This document shows positions 45,818 through 56,345 of a DNA stretch of 64,000 nucleotides, in pieces. Position numbers and translations under genes: made by a program. Positions within the stretch are counted from its first letter, which is position 1. Each line of letters starts with the position of its first letter. This DNA is from Actinomycetota bacterium (GTDB taxonomy: Bacteria; Actinomycetota; UBA4738; HRBIN12). The notes beneath the pieces are model-generated. The model was given only the letters and a program-made list of their open reading frames with translations, was not told the DNA's origin and did not search any database. The stretch lies in NCBI GenBank assembly GCA_036745475.1, contig DAIOFZ010000001.1, positions 1,211-65,210 of the forward strand. Direction: 5' to 3'.

Positions 45818-47233
45818 ATGCCCGGCAAACGCGATAGGGTCGGGGAGCATGACCGGACAGATGACGGATCGGTGATCGAGCGACATCGGCGACGCGTGAC
45901 CGCGGCGCGGCGTCGAGGCATCGCCGTCCGGCGTCGTGCCTGCGTCCTCGCGGTGCTCGCGGGGACGGCCGCCTTCGGCTTTTCGTTGGGGGGCCGGGCG
46001 GTTGCACAGATCGAACCGACGCCCACCGAGACCACGTCGCCCCCGACGCAGACCTGTGCGCCGACGGACAGCCCCTCGCCCTCGCCGACCGAGCCGAGCT
46101 CAACGCCGACGCCCTCGCCGACCGAGCCGTGCCCATCGCCCACGGACACGAGCGCGCCCCCCGCTCCATCGCCCACGGACACGATCGCGCCCACCGACTC
46201 GCCCTCAGACACGGTCGCGCCCTCCGATCCGTCGCCCACAGACACGAGCGCGACGCCGACAGCCACGGACTCCCGGGAGACGTATCCCAACCCGACGCCT
46301 ACCGCGACGGAGCCTCCGTTGCCCTCACCGACGCTCGCGGTTCCCGGAGGGCAGTGGCTGACCCCGCCACCTAAGGCGCAGCGCTTGCCGGATGAGATCG
46401 ATGCCCGTTCGGCGCACGTACTGACCCGCGCGCTGCAACCCGAAACAGCATCTTCGATCGGCGGCACGTACTCGACGGCGGCGCTCGACAACGTGTATGA
46501 CAAGCTCGTAGAGGCCGGGATGAGCAAGGGCGTCGCGACCAGGCGCGTGTATCGGCCGTTCATCGTACAGGGCCCGGCCGCATGGACCGATTCGTGGCAC
46601 GCGTCGCGGTACGCCGGGGGGTTCCATCTCCACGAGGGCCAGGACGTGTTCTGCCGGGACGGGGCGCCGGTCCTGGCCGCGACCGCGGGGCGCGTCGAGT
46701 TCGACGTGGACACGCTGGGCGGCAGGATCGCGCGCCTGTTCCTGCCCGAGGGGGGCTACTGGTACTACGCGCACCTGTCCGACTGGAACTCGTCGGTCGA
46801 CAGCGGCTCCCCGGTCGAGGTCGGCGACGTGATCGGGTACTGCGGGAACTCCGGAGACGCGATCGGCGGGCCGCCGCACGTCCATTTCGGACACTACCTA
46901 CCGTCGGGGCAGGCCGAGGATCCGATATCCGACCTGATCGGGTGGCTCGAGGCGGCGGAACGCCGTGCAGACGTCTCCGAGCGAGCGGCGGATGCGGCGA
47001 GGTCGACGACGGTGATCGTTCCGGCATACCCCTACGAGCTCGGCGCCGAACCAATGGTGATCGTCTCGAGCCCGGTCGTGACGGCCGGGCTATCGACCGC
47101 CCGCCCACCCGCCGCTCCGTCGGCGACCGACGTGCTGGCGCTCATGGTGATCCTCGCCGCCCGCCTGCTGCGGATACCGGGCCGTCGAGTGGCACGCCGG
47201 CTCGGGTCGCTCGTGGATCGCGGAACGGGATAA
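45818..47233 (+). CDS. secreted M23-family metallopeptidase with Pro/Thr-rich repetitive linker
   Basis: The N-terminus is signal/Tat-like (RRRGIAVRRRACVLAVLAGTAAFG). SPTDT/SPTEP repeats follow. The M23 catalytic motifs are HLHEGQDVF and GPPHVHFGHY. Confidence 0.75.
   Translation: MPGKRDRVGEHDRTDDGSVIERHRRRVTAARRRGIAVRRRACVLAVLAGTAAFGFSLGGRAVAQIEPTPTETTSPPTQTCAPTDSPSPSPTEPSSTPTPSPTEPCPSPTDTSAPPAPSPTDTIAPTDSPSDTVAPSDPSPTDTSATPTATDSRETYPNPTPTATEPPLPSPTLAVPGGQWLTPPPKAQRLPDEIDARSAHVLTRALQPETASSIGGTYSTAALDNVYDKLVEAGMSKGVATRRVYRPFIVQGPAAWTDSWHASRYAGGFHLHEGQDVFCRDGAPVLAATAGRVEFDVDTLGGRIARLFLPEGGYWYYAHLSDWNSSVDSGSPVEVGDVIGYCGNSGDAIGGPPHVHFGHYLPSGQAEDPISDLIGWLEAAERRADVSERAADAARSTTVIVPAYPYELGAEPMVIVSSPVVTAGLSTARPPAAPSATDVLALMVILAARLLRIPGRRVARRLGSLVDRGTG
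46066..46260 (+). repeat. imperfect tandem nucleotide repeats (about 27-33 nt units) encoding a (S/A)PTD(T)/PTEP linker inside the M23 peptidase gene
   Basis: Repeated units such as ccatcgcccacggacacgagcgcg / ccatcgcccacggacacgatcgcg / ccgtcgcccacagacacgagcgcg were seen. Confidence 0.6.
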
Positions 47234-47240
47234 GACGTCG

Positions 47241-47258
47241 CCCGGCCGTCCGGCCGGG
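47241..47258. terminator. GC hairpin (CCCGGCC-GTCC-GGCCGGG) between convergent genes, a putative bidirectional terminator
   Basis: It was seen in the 48-nt spacer between the M23 peptidase (+) and the NUDIX (-) gene ends. Confidence 0.35.
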
Positions 47259-47281
47259 TCGCGTCGGGTGACGCCCAAGCG

Positions 47282-47788
47282 TCAGTCCGGCCAAGCCTCC
47301 ATCCGCCACCGCTGGAAGACCTCGAGCCCGTCCGGGCAGAAGGGCTCGCGCGCGATCATCGCATCCACCTCGTCGAACGGGACGAACGCCCCCCACACGA
47401 CCTCGCTCGGCTGCCAGACGATCGGGCCGTCCCACACGACGTCGAACACGCCGCCCCAGACCCGGCCGCTCGGGCCCTCGTACCGGTGCAGGAATCGGAA
47501 GATGGGTTCGGCCGCGACCCCGAGCTCCTCCTCGAGCTCCCGGCGCGCGCATCCCTCGTAGGACTCGCCGGCGGCGTTCACCCCACCGGCGACCACGTCG
47601 TAGAACCCGGGGTAGGCGTCCTTCGTGTCCGTGCGCTTGTGGACGTAGAGCCGCTCGGCGGCGTTCAGGACGAAGACGTACGTGCACCGGTGCAGGAGGT
47701 GCTCGGTCCGAAGGATCCTGCGCGGGACCACGCCCACGACCCCGTTCTCGTCGTCGACCACGTCGACGAGCTCCTCCCCCGGATCCAT
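47282..47788 (-). CDS. NUDIX hydrolase
   Basis: The Nudix box is GGVNAAGESYEGCARRELEEELGV. The start is ATG at 47788 (MDPGEELVD). The track ORF extends upstream with R-rich sequence. Confidence 0.75.
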   Translation of the reverse strand: MDPGEELVDVVDDENGVVGVVPRRILRTEHLLHRCTYVFVLNAAERLYVHKRTDTKDAYPGFYDVVAGGVNAAGESYEGCARRELEEELGVAAEPIFRFLHRYEGPSGRVWGGVFDVVWDGPIVWQPSEVVWGAFVPFDEVDAMIAREPFCPDGLEVFQRWRMEAWPD

Positions 47789-47793
47789 CGAAG

Positions 47794-48294
47794 CTAGCTG
47801 CGGTTCCGATCGGCCCAGAAGTCCCAACCGTCGATCTCGGGCAGCGGGAGCTCGAGCGCACCCAGCGTCGAGCAGATCTGCGTCCGGTGGTCGTTGCCGT
47901 GGTGGATCGCCTGGATCAGCAGCATCGACTCGGCGGGGTCCGTGTCGGGGTAGTCCTCCCGCGCGAGGATCGAGGCATGCAGCGCCCCGGCCTCCAGTTC
48001 GTTCAGCGCCACGTCCCACCGGCGCCGATGCTCCGGCATCTCGGAGCGGAGCTGCGTGAGCGCGATCCCGACCCGATCGTCGGCCAGCGGCGGCGTGGGA
48101 TCCCGCAACCGCAGGAGGTACCGCGTATCGCCGTCGATCATGTGCGTGAGCGTGTCGATCATCGATCCGTACGTTCCGGGGACCGAGGCATCGAGCTGCT
48201 CGGCGGGGAGTCGCTCGAGGTGGTCGATCAGCGTCTCGGTAGCCCACAGATGATGCTCGAACATCGCCCGCAGCACATCCGCCGGAGTAGTCAT
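47794..48294 (-). CDS. DinB-family (DinB_2/YfiT-like) metal-dependent protein
   Basis: The conserved His positions are MFEHHLWATETLIDHL ... HMIDGDTRY ... IHHGNDHRTQI. Confidence 0.65.
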   Translation of the reverse strand: MTTPADVLRAMFEHHLWATETLIDHLERLPAEQLDASVPGTYGSMIDTLTHMIDGDTRYLLRLRDPTPPLADDRVGIALTQLRSEMPEHRRRWDVALNELEAGALHASILAREDYPDTDPAESMLLIQAIHHGNDHRTQICSTLGALELPLPEIDGWDFWADRNRS

Positions 48295-48443
48295 CCCGCG
48301 ACCCTACAAGGAGACCGCCGGACGTCGCCGGGGTGGGAGGGGTGCGGTCCGCGCGTCGTCGAGCGAAGCCGAAGCCCAACGGTGTTCCGCGAGCACGGAC
48401 CCGGTGCGTAGGCGAAGACGAGCAGCGCGGACCGTGCCCCGAC

Positions 48444-50270
48444 CTACCTCGCGGCCGGGTTCCGAGAATCGAGCACGAGCTCGATCTGTTGCATGATCTC
48501 GTCCCCGACGAGCTCGTCCCGGGCGATCAGCGAATCCCGCAGGCCGATCACCACGTCGCGGTTCTCCTCGAGCAGCTTGGTGACCCGCTCCTTCTGCTCG
48601 GTGAGGATCTCCTCGACCCGTGCCTTGCCCTGGCCGTCGGCGAGCACCTTGCCCACGAGGTTCTTGGATCCGATCGGACCCTCCGCGATCGCATCGAACG
48701 ACACGAGCGAGCCCGCCATCCCGAAGGACCCGACCATCTGCGCGGCGAGCGTCGTCGCGTGCTGCAGATCGGAAGCGGGACCGGTCCCACTCTCGCCGAA
48801 GAAGACCTCCTCGGCGACGAGCCCGCCGAGCGCGATCGCGACGCCGGACTCGATCTCGGTGCGCGTGCGCGTGAAGCGCTCCTCCTCGTCCCCGTGCGCG
48901 AGCAGCCCGAGCGCCATCCGCCGTTTGATGATCGAGAGCACCTCGAGGCGCCGGCCCTTTCCGAGGAAGTACGCGACCGTGGCGTGTCCCGCCTCGTGGG
49001 TGGCGACCGAGACGCGGTCGGTCTCGGTGTAGGTGACGGGCTGCTTGAAGCCGAGCTCCTCGGTCAGCTTGGCCTCATGGATGTCCTGCACGTTCATCGC
49101 CGTGCGCCCGCCGCGGAGCGCCATCAGCAGCGCCTCGTCCAGCAGGTGCTCGATCATCACCGGGGTGTAGCCGAACGTCTCGTGGGCCAGGTCCTCACGC
49201 GTGTGGTCGTCGTCGAGCACTTGGTGGTGGTTCTTGCGGTCGAGGAAGAAGTCGATCAGCTCGCGACGGCCCGACTTCGACGGGAGGTCGAAGTAGAGCC
49301 GGCGGTCGAAGCGCCCCGGCCGGAGCAGCGCCGGGTCGAGGTTGTCGGCTCGGTTCGTCGCCGCGATCAACAGGATGTTGCTGTACGTAGGCTTCGCCGC
49401 GGGGATCCGCTGCTCGGGCTTGCGGAAACCGTTCACCCACTCGATCATCCGCGCCTTGAACCGCGCACCGAACGGCGGCTGGTCGAAGGACTGCATCTGG
49501 ATCAGCAGCTCGTTCACCATGCCCGAGCCGCCGGCGCCCATGAACGACGATGCCACGCGCCCGAGTCCGGTCGGATCCGGGCTCGCGTTCATCCCCCCGC
49601 GCTCGCCCCCGATCGCGTCGATCTCCTCGATGAACCCGATCGCACCCCCTTCCTTGCGCGCGAGCTTGCGCAGGCGGCGGAAGAACGAGCGGATCTTTGC
49701 GTTGGTCATCCCGAACCACATCGACTGGAACGCGGGCGCGGCGCTGAACAGGAACGGTACGCCGGCCTGCTTGGCCATCGCCTTGGCCAGGTAGGTCTTG
49801 CCGGTGCCGGGAGGGCCTTCGAACAGCATCCCGCGACGGGGGTTGCCGCCCAGCTCGTCGCGGAACGTCGCGTATCCCAGGAACACGTCGAGCGTTCGCC
49901 CGACCTCGTCGACCTGGTTGTCGAGGCCCCGGACCTCGTCCAACCCGACCTCGATCTCCTCCGGCCGCACGATCTGGTGGGGGGATCGGCCGCTGAACAG
50001 CGGCATCGCCATCATCGCGACGATCATGATCATGATCAGGACGATCGGGGCGAAGATGATCGCCTCGGGGCCGAGCGTCGGCATCTTGAATGGGTTGTCG
50101 GTGAGATAGCGGTACCAGAGGTACGCATCGAACAGCAGCAGCACGACGATGAGCCGTGCCAGGCGGCGCTTGCGCGTCTTCTCGCGGACTTTGGAGACGT
50201 CTGCCCGGCCCTGCGCTGCTACGTCCGAACCGTGGAGCACGGATGCGGTCGATCGGCTCGTCTGCTTCAC
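48444..50270 (-). CDS. FtsH-like AAA+ ATPase / M41 zinc metalloprotease (no periplasmic domain)
   Basis: Two N-terminal TM helices are separated by only about 12 aa. The Walker A is GPPGTGKTYLAKAMA. The Walker B-like motif is GFIEEIDAIGG, with an insertion of about 35 aa before the sensor-1 region (LLIAATNRADNLDPALLRPGRFDRRLYF). The protease motif is HEAGHATVAYFLG. Confidence 0.8.
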   Translation of the reverse strand: MKQTSRSTASVLHGSDVAAQGRADVSKVREKTRKRRLARLIVVLLLFDAYLWYRYLTDNPFKMPTLGPEAIIFAPIVLIMIMIVAMMAMPLFSGRSPHQIVRPEEIEVGLDEVRGLDNQVDEVGRTLDVFLGYATFRDELGGNPRRGMLFEGPPGTGKTYLAKAMAKQAGVPFLFSAAPAFQSMWFGMTNAKIRSFFRRLRKLARKEGGAIGFIEEIDAIGGERGGMNASPDPTGLGRVASSFMGAGGSGMVNELLIQMQSFDQPPFGARFKARMIEWVNGFRKPEQRIPAAKPTYSNILLIAATNRADNLDPALLRPGRFDRRLYFDLPSKSGRRELIDFFLDRKNHHQVLDDDHTREDLAHETFGYTPVMIEHLLDEALLMALRGGRTAMNVQDIHEAKLTEELGFKQPVTYTETDRVSVATHEAGHATVAYFLGKGRRLEVLSIIKRRMALGLLAHGDEEERFTRTRTEIESGVAIALGGLVAEEVFFGESGTGPASDLQHATTLAAQMVGSFGMAGSLVSFDAIAEGPIGSKNLVGKVLADGQGKARVEEILTEQKERVTKLLEENRDVVIGLRDSLIARDELVGDEIMQQIELVLDSRNPAAR

Positions 50271-50436
50271 GTCAGCCCCTCATTCATGTCCGACGGCGTG
50301 CCTCATCCTATGCACGAGCCCCGAATGGTGCATCAGACCTTCGGCCTAGAGGGGGACGCCGAAAGGCCGGTTCCACGCGACGTCCACGAGGGTGGAGCGC
50401 TGCCCGCGGATCCGTCAGCCGCTATCGTGCGTGGCG

Positions 50437-50832
50437 ATGGCGAGGAAGAAGCTCCAGCCCGTGACCAGGGAGGACGCGCGGGCGATCGGCGCGATGCTCA
50501 GGGGCCTCAGACGGGCCGCCGGCTATCGGGCTGTCCAGGACGCGGCGGCCGCCGGCGGTTTCCCCGCCGCGCGCCAGACGATCTACGCCTACGAACGCGG
50601 CGGCCTGACACCCTCGCTCCAGCAGTTCCTCGAGATCATCGAGTTCTACGCATTGCATCCGTCCCGCGGCGACGGGACCAAGCCCGAGGACGACCTGCGA
50701 GCCCAGGCCGTCGCCTCCGTGACCCGTGCGCTCACGCTGCCCGCCTACCACGTGAAGCAGGCGCACGAGCTGATGGAACGGATCCAGCCGAGGCTCGCCG
50801 AGAGCCAGCGTCGCAAGCGCCGGAGCACGTGA
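50437..50832 (+). CDS. XRE-family helix-turn-helix transcriptional regulator
   Basis: The HTH is QDAAAAGGFPAARQTIYAYERGGLTPSLQQFLEI. It is divergent from the FtsH-like gene, and its stop overlaps the mce start (TGATG). Confidence 0.55.
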   Translation: MARKKLQPVTREDARAIGAMLRGLRRAAGYRAVQDAAAAGGFPAARQTIYAYERGGLTPSLQQFLEIIEFYALHPSRGDGTKPEDDLRAQAVASVTRALTLPAYHVKQAHELMERIQPRLAESQRRKRRST

Positions 50833-51260
50833 TGCTGACCCAGATCGACCACGTGGGGATCGCGGTCTCGGATCTCGATGAGGAGGTCGAACGCTACCGG
50901 CGCACGTTCGGCCTCGAGCCCACCCACCGCGCACGGATGCGGGACCAGGGCGTCGAGGAGGTCCTGTTCGCGGTGGGCGAGTCGTACGTGCAGCTGCTCG
51001 GGGCGCTCGGGTCCGACACGCCGGTGGGGAGGTTCCTCGACAAGCGCGGCCCGGGCGTGCATCACCTCGGGTACCGCGTCGCGAACGTGACCGAGGCGCT
51101 CGGGCGCCTCCGGGCCGAGGGCGTCGCACTGATCGACGAGACACCGCGAGGAGGCTCGCGTGGCACGACGATCGCGTTCGTCCACCCGGCGAGCATGGGC
51201 GGCGTGCTGGTCGAGCTCGTCCAGGAGCCTTCGCCGACCACCGGGGCCGCGAAGACCTAG
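50832..51260 (+). CDS. mce: methylmalonyl-CoA epimerase (VOC/glyoxalase fold)
   Basis: The pattern MLTQIDHVGIAVSDLDEEVERYRRTFGL...GVHHLGYRVANV...GGVLVELVQ is typical of Mce. Confidence 0.8.
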   Translation: MLTQIDHVGIAVSDLDEEVERYRRTFGLEPTHRARMRDQGVEEVLFAVGESYVQLLGALGSDTPVGRFLDKRGPGVHHLGYRVANVTEALGRLRAEGVALIDETPRGGSRGTTIAFVHPASMGGVLVELVQEPSPTTGAAKT

Positions 51261-52498
51261 GGAAGATCGGTCAGGCCGCGTTGCGGCGCGTTGATCAGCA
51301 CCGCGACGTTGCCCTGGGGGAGGGCGCCCTGCTCCATCAGCCGGTGGGCCAGCCCGGACTCGTCGTAGTCATACGTGTGTCCGAGCGTCGTCGTCACGCG
51401 GCCCGCGCGCACGAGGTCGTTGAACGCGGTCGCCTGCTCGTCGTTGAACAGGTGGGAGCCCTGGTACCGCTTCTGCAGGTACCACAGGTACCGGACGTCC
51501 ACCATCGTGTCGTAGCCGGTCGTCCCCGCGCAGATCACGACCATGCCGCCCCGCTCGCAGACGAAGATCGAGGTCGGGATCGTGTCCTGTCCCGGGTGCT
51601 CGAACACGAGGCTGGGGCTCGTGCGTTCGCCGACGACGTCCCAGATCGCCTTCCCGAACGCCTTCGCGCCGTCGAACCACGTCTTCCACTCGGGCGCGTC
51701 CCATGCAGGCGGCGTCCCCCAGTGGTCGAAGGCGGTCCGATCGATGAATCCGACCGCGCCCTGCTCCACGGCGAACGCGCCCTTCTCGGCCGACGAGACC
51801 ACCGCGACCGCCCTGGCGCCCGCGAGCGTCACGAGCTGGACCGCCAGCGACCCGAGGCCGCCGGAGGCGCCCCAGACGAGGACGACATCGCCCTGCTCGA
51901 CGGTGTTCGGCGGCCAGCCGTGGAGCATCCGATATGCGGTCGCGCCGGTGAGTGTCGGCGCCGCCGCCTCCTCCCACGTGAGCGACTCGGCCTTGGGCAG
52001 GCACTGATGCGCCTGTACCTTAGTGAATTGGGCGAACGACCCCCAGCACGTGTCGTAGCCCCACACCCGGAACGACGGCGCCAGACCGGGATCCCTGCCG
52101 TCGATCACCCACGGGTCCTCGAGGTCCCACTGGCCCGCGTGGACGACGACCCGGTCGCCCGGGCGGACGTTCGTCACGCGCTCGCCGACCGCGTAGACGA
52201 CGCCCGCCGCGTCCGAACCGACGATGTGGAAATCGGTCGGTTCACCCCACCGCGCCTGCGTCTTGGTGACGTCGACGGGCATGCCGCGAGCGGCCCAGAC
52301 GTTGTTGAAGTTGACGCCAGCCGCCATGACCATCACGAGCGCCTCATCGGGACCGATCGAGGGGACGTCGATCACCTCGTCGCGGATCGCGTCCTCGGGT
52401 TCGCCGTACCGTTCGGGCCGGACCAGCTGTGCGTGCATGCGGATCGGCACCTCGCCCACCGGCGGGATCTCGCCGACGTCGTACACGTCCTTGGCCAT
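51257..52498 (-). CDS. ccr: crotonyl-CoA carboxylase/reductase
   Basis: The Ccr-type N-terminus is MAKDVYDVGEIPPVG. The MDR-fold motifs are present (VLVWGASGGLGSLAVQL). The start is ATG at 52498 with a GGAG SD. The track ORF to 52612 would overlap the next gene. Confidence 0.85.
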   Translation of the reverse strand: MAKDVYDVGEIPPVGEVPIRMHAQLVRPERYGEPEDAIRDEVIDVPSIGPDEALVMVMAAGVNFNNVWAARGMPVDVTKTQARWGEPTDFHIVGSDAAGVVYAVGERVTNVRPGDRVVVHAGQWDLEDPWVIDGRDPGLAPSFRVWGYDTCWGSFAQFTKVQAHQCLPKAESLTWEEAAAPTLTGATAYRMLHGWPPNTVEQGDVVLVWGASGGLGSLAVQLVTLAGARAVAVVSSAEKGAFAVEQGAVGFIDRTAFDHWGTPPAWDAPEWKTWFDGAKAFGKAIWDVVGERTSPSLVFEHPGQDTIPTSIFVCERGGMVVICAGTTGYDTMVDVRYLWYLQKRYQGSHLFNDEQATAFNDLVRAGRVTTTLGHTYDYDESGLAHRLMEQGALPQGNVAVLINAPQRGLTDLP

Positions 52499-52589
52499 GC
52501 TCGCTCCGTTCGAGGTCAGTGGGTGCGGCCGACGATAGGCGAGCGTCGGCGGACGCGACAACGCGGTGGTGCGGCGAACCGCGGCGACC

Positions 52590-53522
52590 TCAGGGCGGCT
52601 GTCGGGCCACACTGGACGGGCAGGTGAGCGAGCGCGGGCACCACATGCAGTAGGGGCCGGGCGCGAGCGTCCCCGGGCGGCCGGCGGCGGAGGCCGCCGC
52701 GGCGCGGATCGCCTCGATCACGCGGTCCGCGGCGCGGTCCAGGACGCGTTCGTCGACGTCCTCCGCCTGCCACTCGCCCGAATCCAGGTACAGCGTCGCG
52801 ACGCGGTACGGTGGGATCCCGAACCGCAGCCCCAGCAACAGCGCGTAGAAGCGCATGTCCTCGGCGTGCTCGGGCCACGCGCGTCCCGTCTTCAGGTCGA
52901 TCGCGAGCCGCGTGGCCCGGACCGTCCCTTCCGCCCGTCCCGAACCGAGGACCAGGTCGAGCTGCCCCGACAGGACGACCGTCCCCCCCAGGAGCTCGAC
53001 GCGCACGTGCCATTCGGTGGAGGGCGCGAGCTCGCGCCGCATCCGCCTGAGCGGCGGCATCGTCGAGCGGAACAGCTCGAGGGTCTTCGCCGCGTCCATC
53101 AGGCTCTCGTCCCGGCGCAGCGCGTCGAGGCCGTCCCAGTACGCGGAGAAGGCGCCGTCCTCGGTCAGCCGCTCGGCCGCCTGCTCGACGAGATCGTGCG
53201 GTCCGCGCTCCTCACGACCCGCCACCTCGAGCTCGATCGCCTTGTGCGCGAGCCGGCCCGTCGCCGTGCGGGCCGAGAACGCGAACGGCGCGCGCTCGCC
53301 CGCACGGACCGCGTCGAACAATCCCGGGCAGCGGTTGAGGTCGCTCAGATTGGACTTGCCGAGCCACAGCGGCTCCGGCGGCTCGAACGCGCGAGCCGCC
53401 TCTTCGATCCTGTCGCGCACCCGAAGCACCCCGTCGACCGCGAACACCGGCCGTTCGTCCGTACCGATCAGGCCATCGAGCGTTCGGCGCTGGGCGGGCG
53501 TGAGCTCCGCGGTCGCCTGCAT
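52590..53522 (-). CDS. PD-(D/E)XK-family nuclease with Cas4/RecB-type 4-Cys cluster (standalone)
   Basis: The first Cys is NRCPG. The catalytic core is AIDLKTGRAWPEH...RFYALLL (D/E-x-K). The C-terminus is YCMWCPRSLTC. The start is ATG at 53522. The track ORF to 54110 adds R/G-rich sequence antisense to the neighbouring gene. Confidence 0.6.
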   Translation of the reverse strand: MQATAELTPAQRRTLDGLIGTDERPVFAVDGVLRVRDRIEEAARAFEPPEPLWLGKSNLSDLNRCPGLFDAVRAGERAPFAFSARTATGRLAHKAIELEVAGREERGPHDLVEQAAERLTEDGAFSAYWDGLDALRRDESLMDAAKTLELFRSTMPPLRRMRRELAPSTEWHVRVELLGGTVVLSGQLDLVLGSGRAEGTVRATRLAIDLKTGRAWPEHAEDMRFYALLLGLRFGIPPYRVATLYLDSGEWQAEDVDERVLDRAADRVIEAIRAAAASAAGRPGTLAPGPYCMWCPRSLTCPSSVARQPP

Positions 53523-53549
53523 CCGGCGATGGTAGGAGTAGCCACCGAC

Positions 53550-54104
53550 ATGCCCGAGACGCCCGACGACATCCTGCGCGCCCTCGCCGACCCCGAGCGG
53601 CTGGCGATCGCGGGACACCTCGCCCGCTCGGACGCGGGGTCGGCCGAGCTCGCGGACACCCTGGACCTCCCTCTGCCGCGGCTGCGCAAGCATCTGAACC
53701 GCCTCGTCGCCGCCGGCATCGTCCGCCTGAAGGACGATCGCCGGACCTATCGGGTCGATGCCGAGACCCTCCGCCGGGCGGCCGAGCAGGTCGGGCCGCC
53801 GCGAGACGCCGGGCTCGCGCTCGGTGCGGCGAGCGAGGAGGAGGAGGCCGTGCTGAGAGCGTTCTTCCGCGACGGGCACCTGACCGAGGTGCCCGCCAAG
53901 GAGTCGAAGCGACGCATCGTGCTCGGACGGATCGCGCTCGAGTTCGAGCCCGGGGTGGACTACGACGAGGCGACCGTGAACGCGATCGTCGGACGCTTCT
54001 CCACCGACCACGCCGCGCTCCGCCGCCACCTCGTCGACGAGGGGTTCCTCGACCGTGATCACGGCCGCTACTGGCGCACCGGTGGACGCGTCGACCTCTC
54101 GTAG
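53550..54104 (+). CDS. ArsR-type HTH regulator with C-terminal DUF2087-like domain
   Basis: The ArsR-like wHTH is [52 protein letters not shown]. The C-terminal domain is [30 protein letters not shown]. It is divergent from the nuclease gene. Confidence 0.55.
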   Translation: MPETPDDILRALADPERLAIAGHLARSDAGSAELADTLDLPLPRLRKHLNRLVAAGIVRLKDDRRTYRVDAETLRRAAEQVGPPRDAGLALGAASEEEEAVLRAFFRDGHLTEVPAKESKRRIVLGRIALEFEPGVDYDEATVNAIVGRFSTDHAALRRHLVDEGFLDRDHGRYWRTGGRVDLS

Positions 54105-54169
54105 GCCCACCGGAGCCCGGCCCGATGCATGCCGGGCCGAAGGGGCGCTCCGCTAGACTCCGGAGGATC

Positions 54170-55756
<1,587 letters not shown>

Positions 55757-55787
55757 GCCGAGGGCCGAGCGGAAGGGTGAGCCGGGC

Positions 55788-56048
55788 GTGAGCGACGACC
55801 GCCGCTTCGAGCTGCCCCCGGACCTCTCGCCCGACGAGGAGCGAGCGATCATCCGAGCGCTCGAACGCTACTTCGCGCAGGAGAGCCCGCATCCCCACCC
55901 GTGGGTCCTCGCCGGCCGCATCGACTCGACGGGGTTCGGCGCGTTGCAGGCCCGGCACCACGCGGATGCACCCTGGCGGCGCTTCGGAGATGTGCCCTTC
56001 GCCCGCCGGGGCGTCCCGCCGCAGGCGGGACGCGGCGACGCGGGGTAG
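55788..56048 (+). CDS. accE: acyl-CoA carboxylase epsilon subunit-like small protein
   Basis: It is an 86-aa ORF immediately downstream of pccB, as in actinobacterial pccB-pccE pairs (ERAIIRALERYFAQE...). The assignment rests mainly on position and size. Confidence 0.5.
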   Translation: MSDDRRFELPPDLSPDEERAIIRALERYFAQESPHPHPWVLAGRIDSTGFGALQARHHADAPWRRFGDVPFARRGVPPQAGRGDAG

Positions 56049-56345
56049 ATGACCGCATCGAAGACCGCGTCCGCGGTCAGCGGACGCGATGCCGCGCTCG
56101 AGGCGTTCCGGGCCGAGGGGTGCTCGGCGCCGAGATCGTGGGGCAACGGACCCGGCGAGGCATACGGGCCGCACGCCCACGGCCTCCACAAGGTGCTGTT
56201 CTGCCTCGGCGGCTCGATCACGTTCCACCTCGACGACGACGACGTCGAGCTCGCGCCGGGCGACCGCCTCGACATCGAGCCCGGGACCGAGCACGCGGCG
56301 ACGGTCGGGCCGAACGGCTGCTCGTGCGTGGAGGCCTCGCGATGA
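56049..56345 (+). CDS. cupin-domain protein
   Basis: The cupin motifs are GPHAHGLHKVLFCLGG...PGTEHAA. Its ATG directly follows the accE stop. Confidence 0.55.
   Translation: MTASKTASAVSGRDAALEAFRAEGCSAPRSWGNGPGEAYGPHAHGLHKVLFCLGGSITFHLDDDDVELAPGDRLDIEPGTEHAATVGPNGCSCVEASR

Noticed and set aside
46066-46260. Repeat array as a CRISPR locus
   Set aside because: The repeats are in-frame, imperfect and contiguous without spacers, and they encode a Pro/Thr linker inside an M23 peptidase gene. No cas genes are adjacent.
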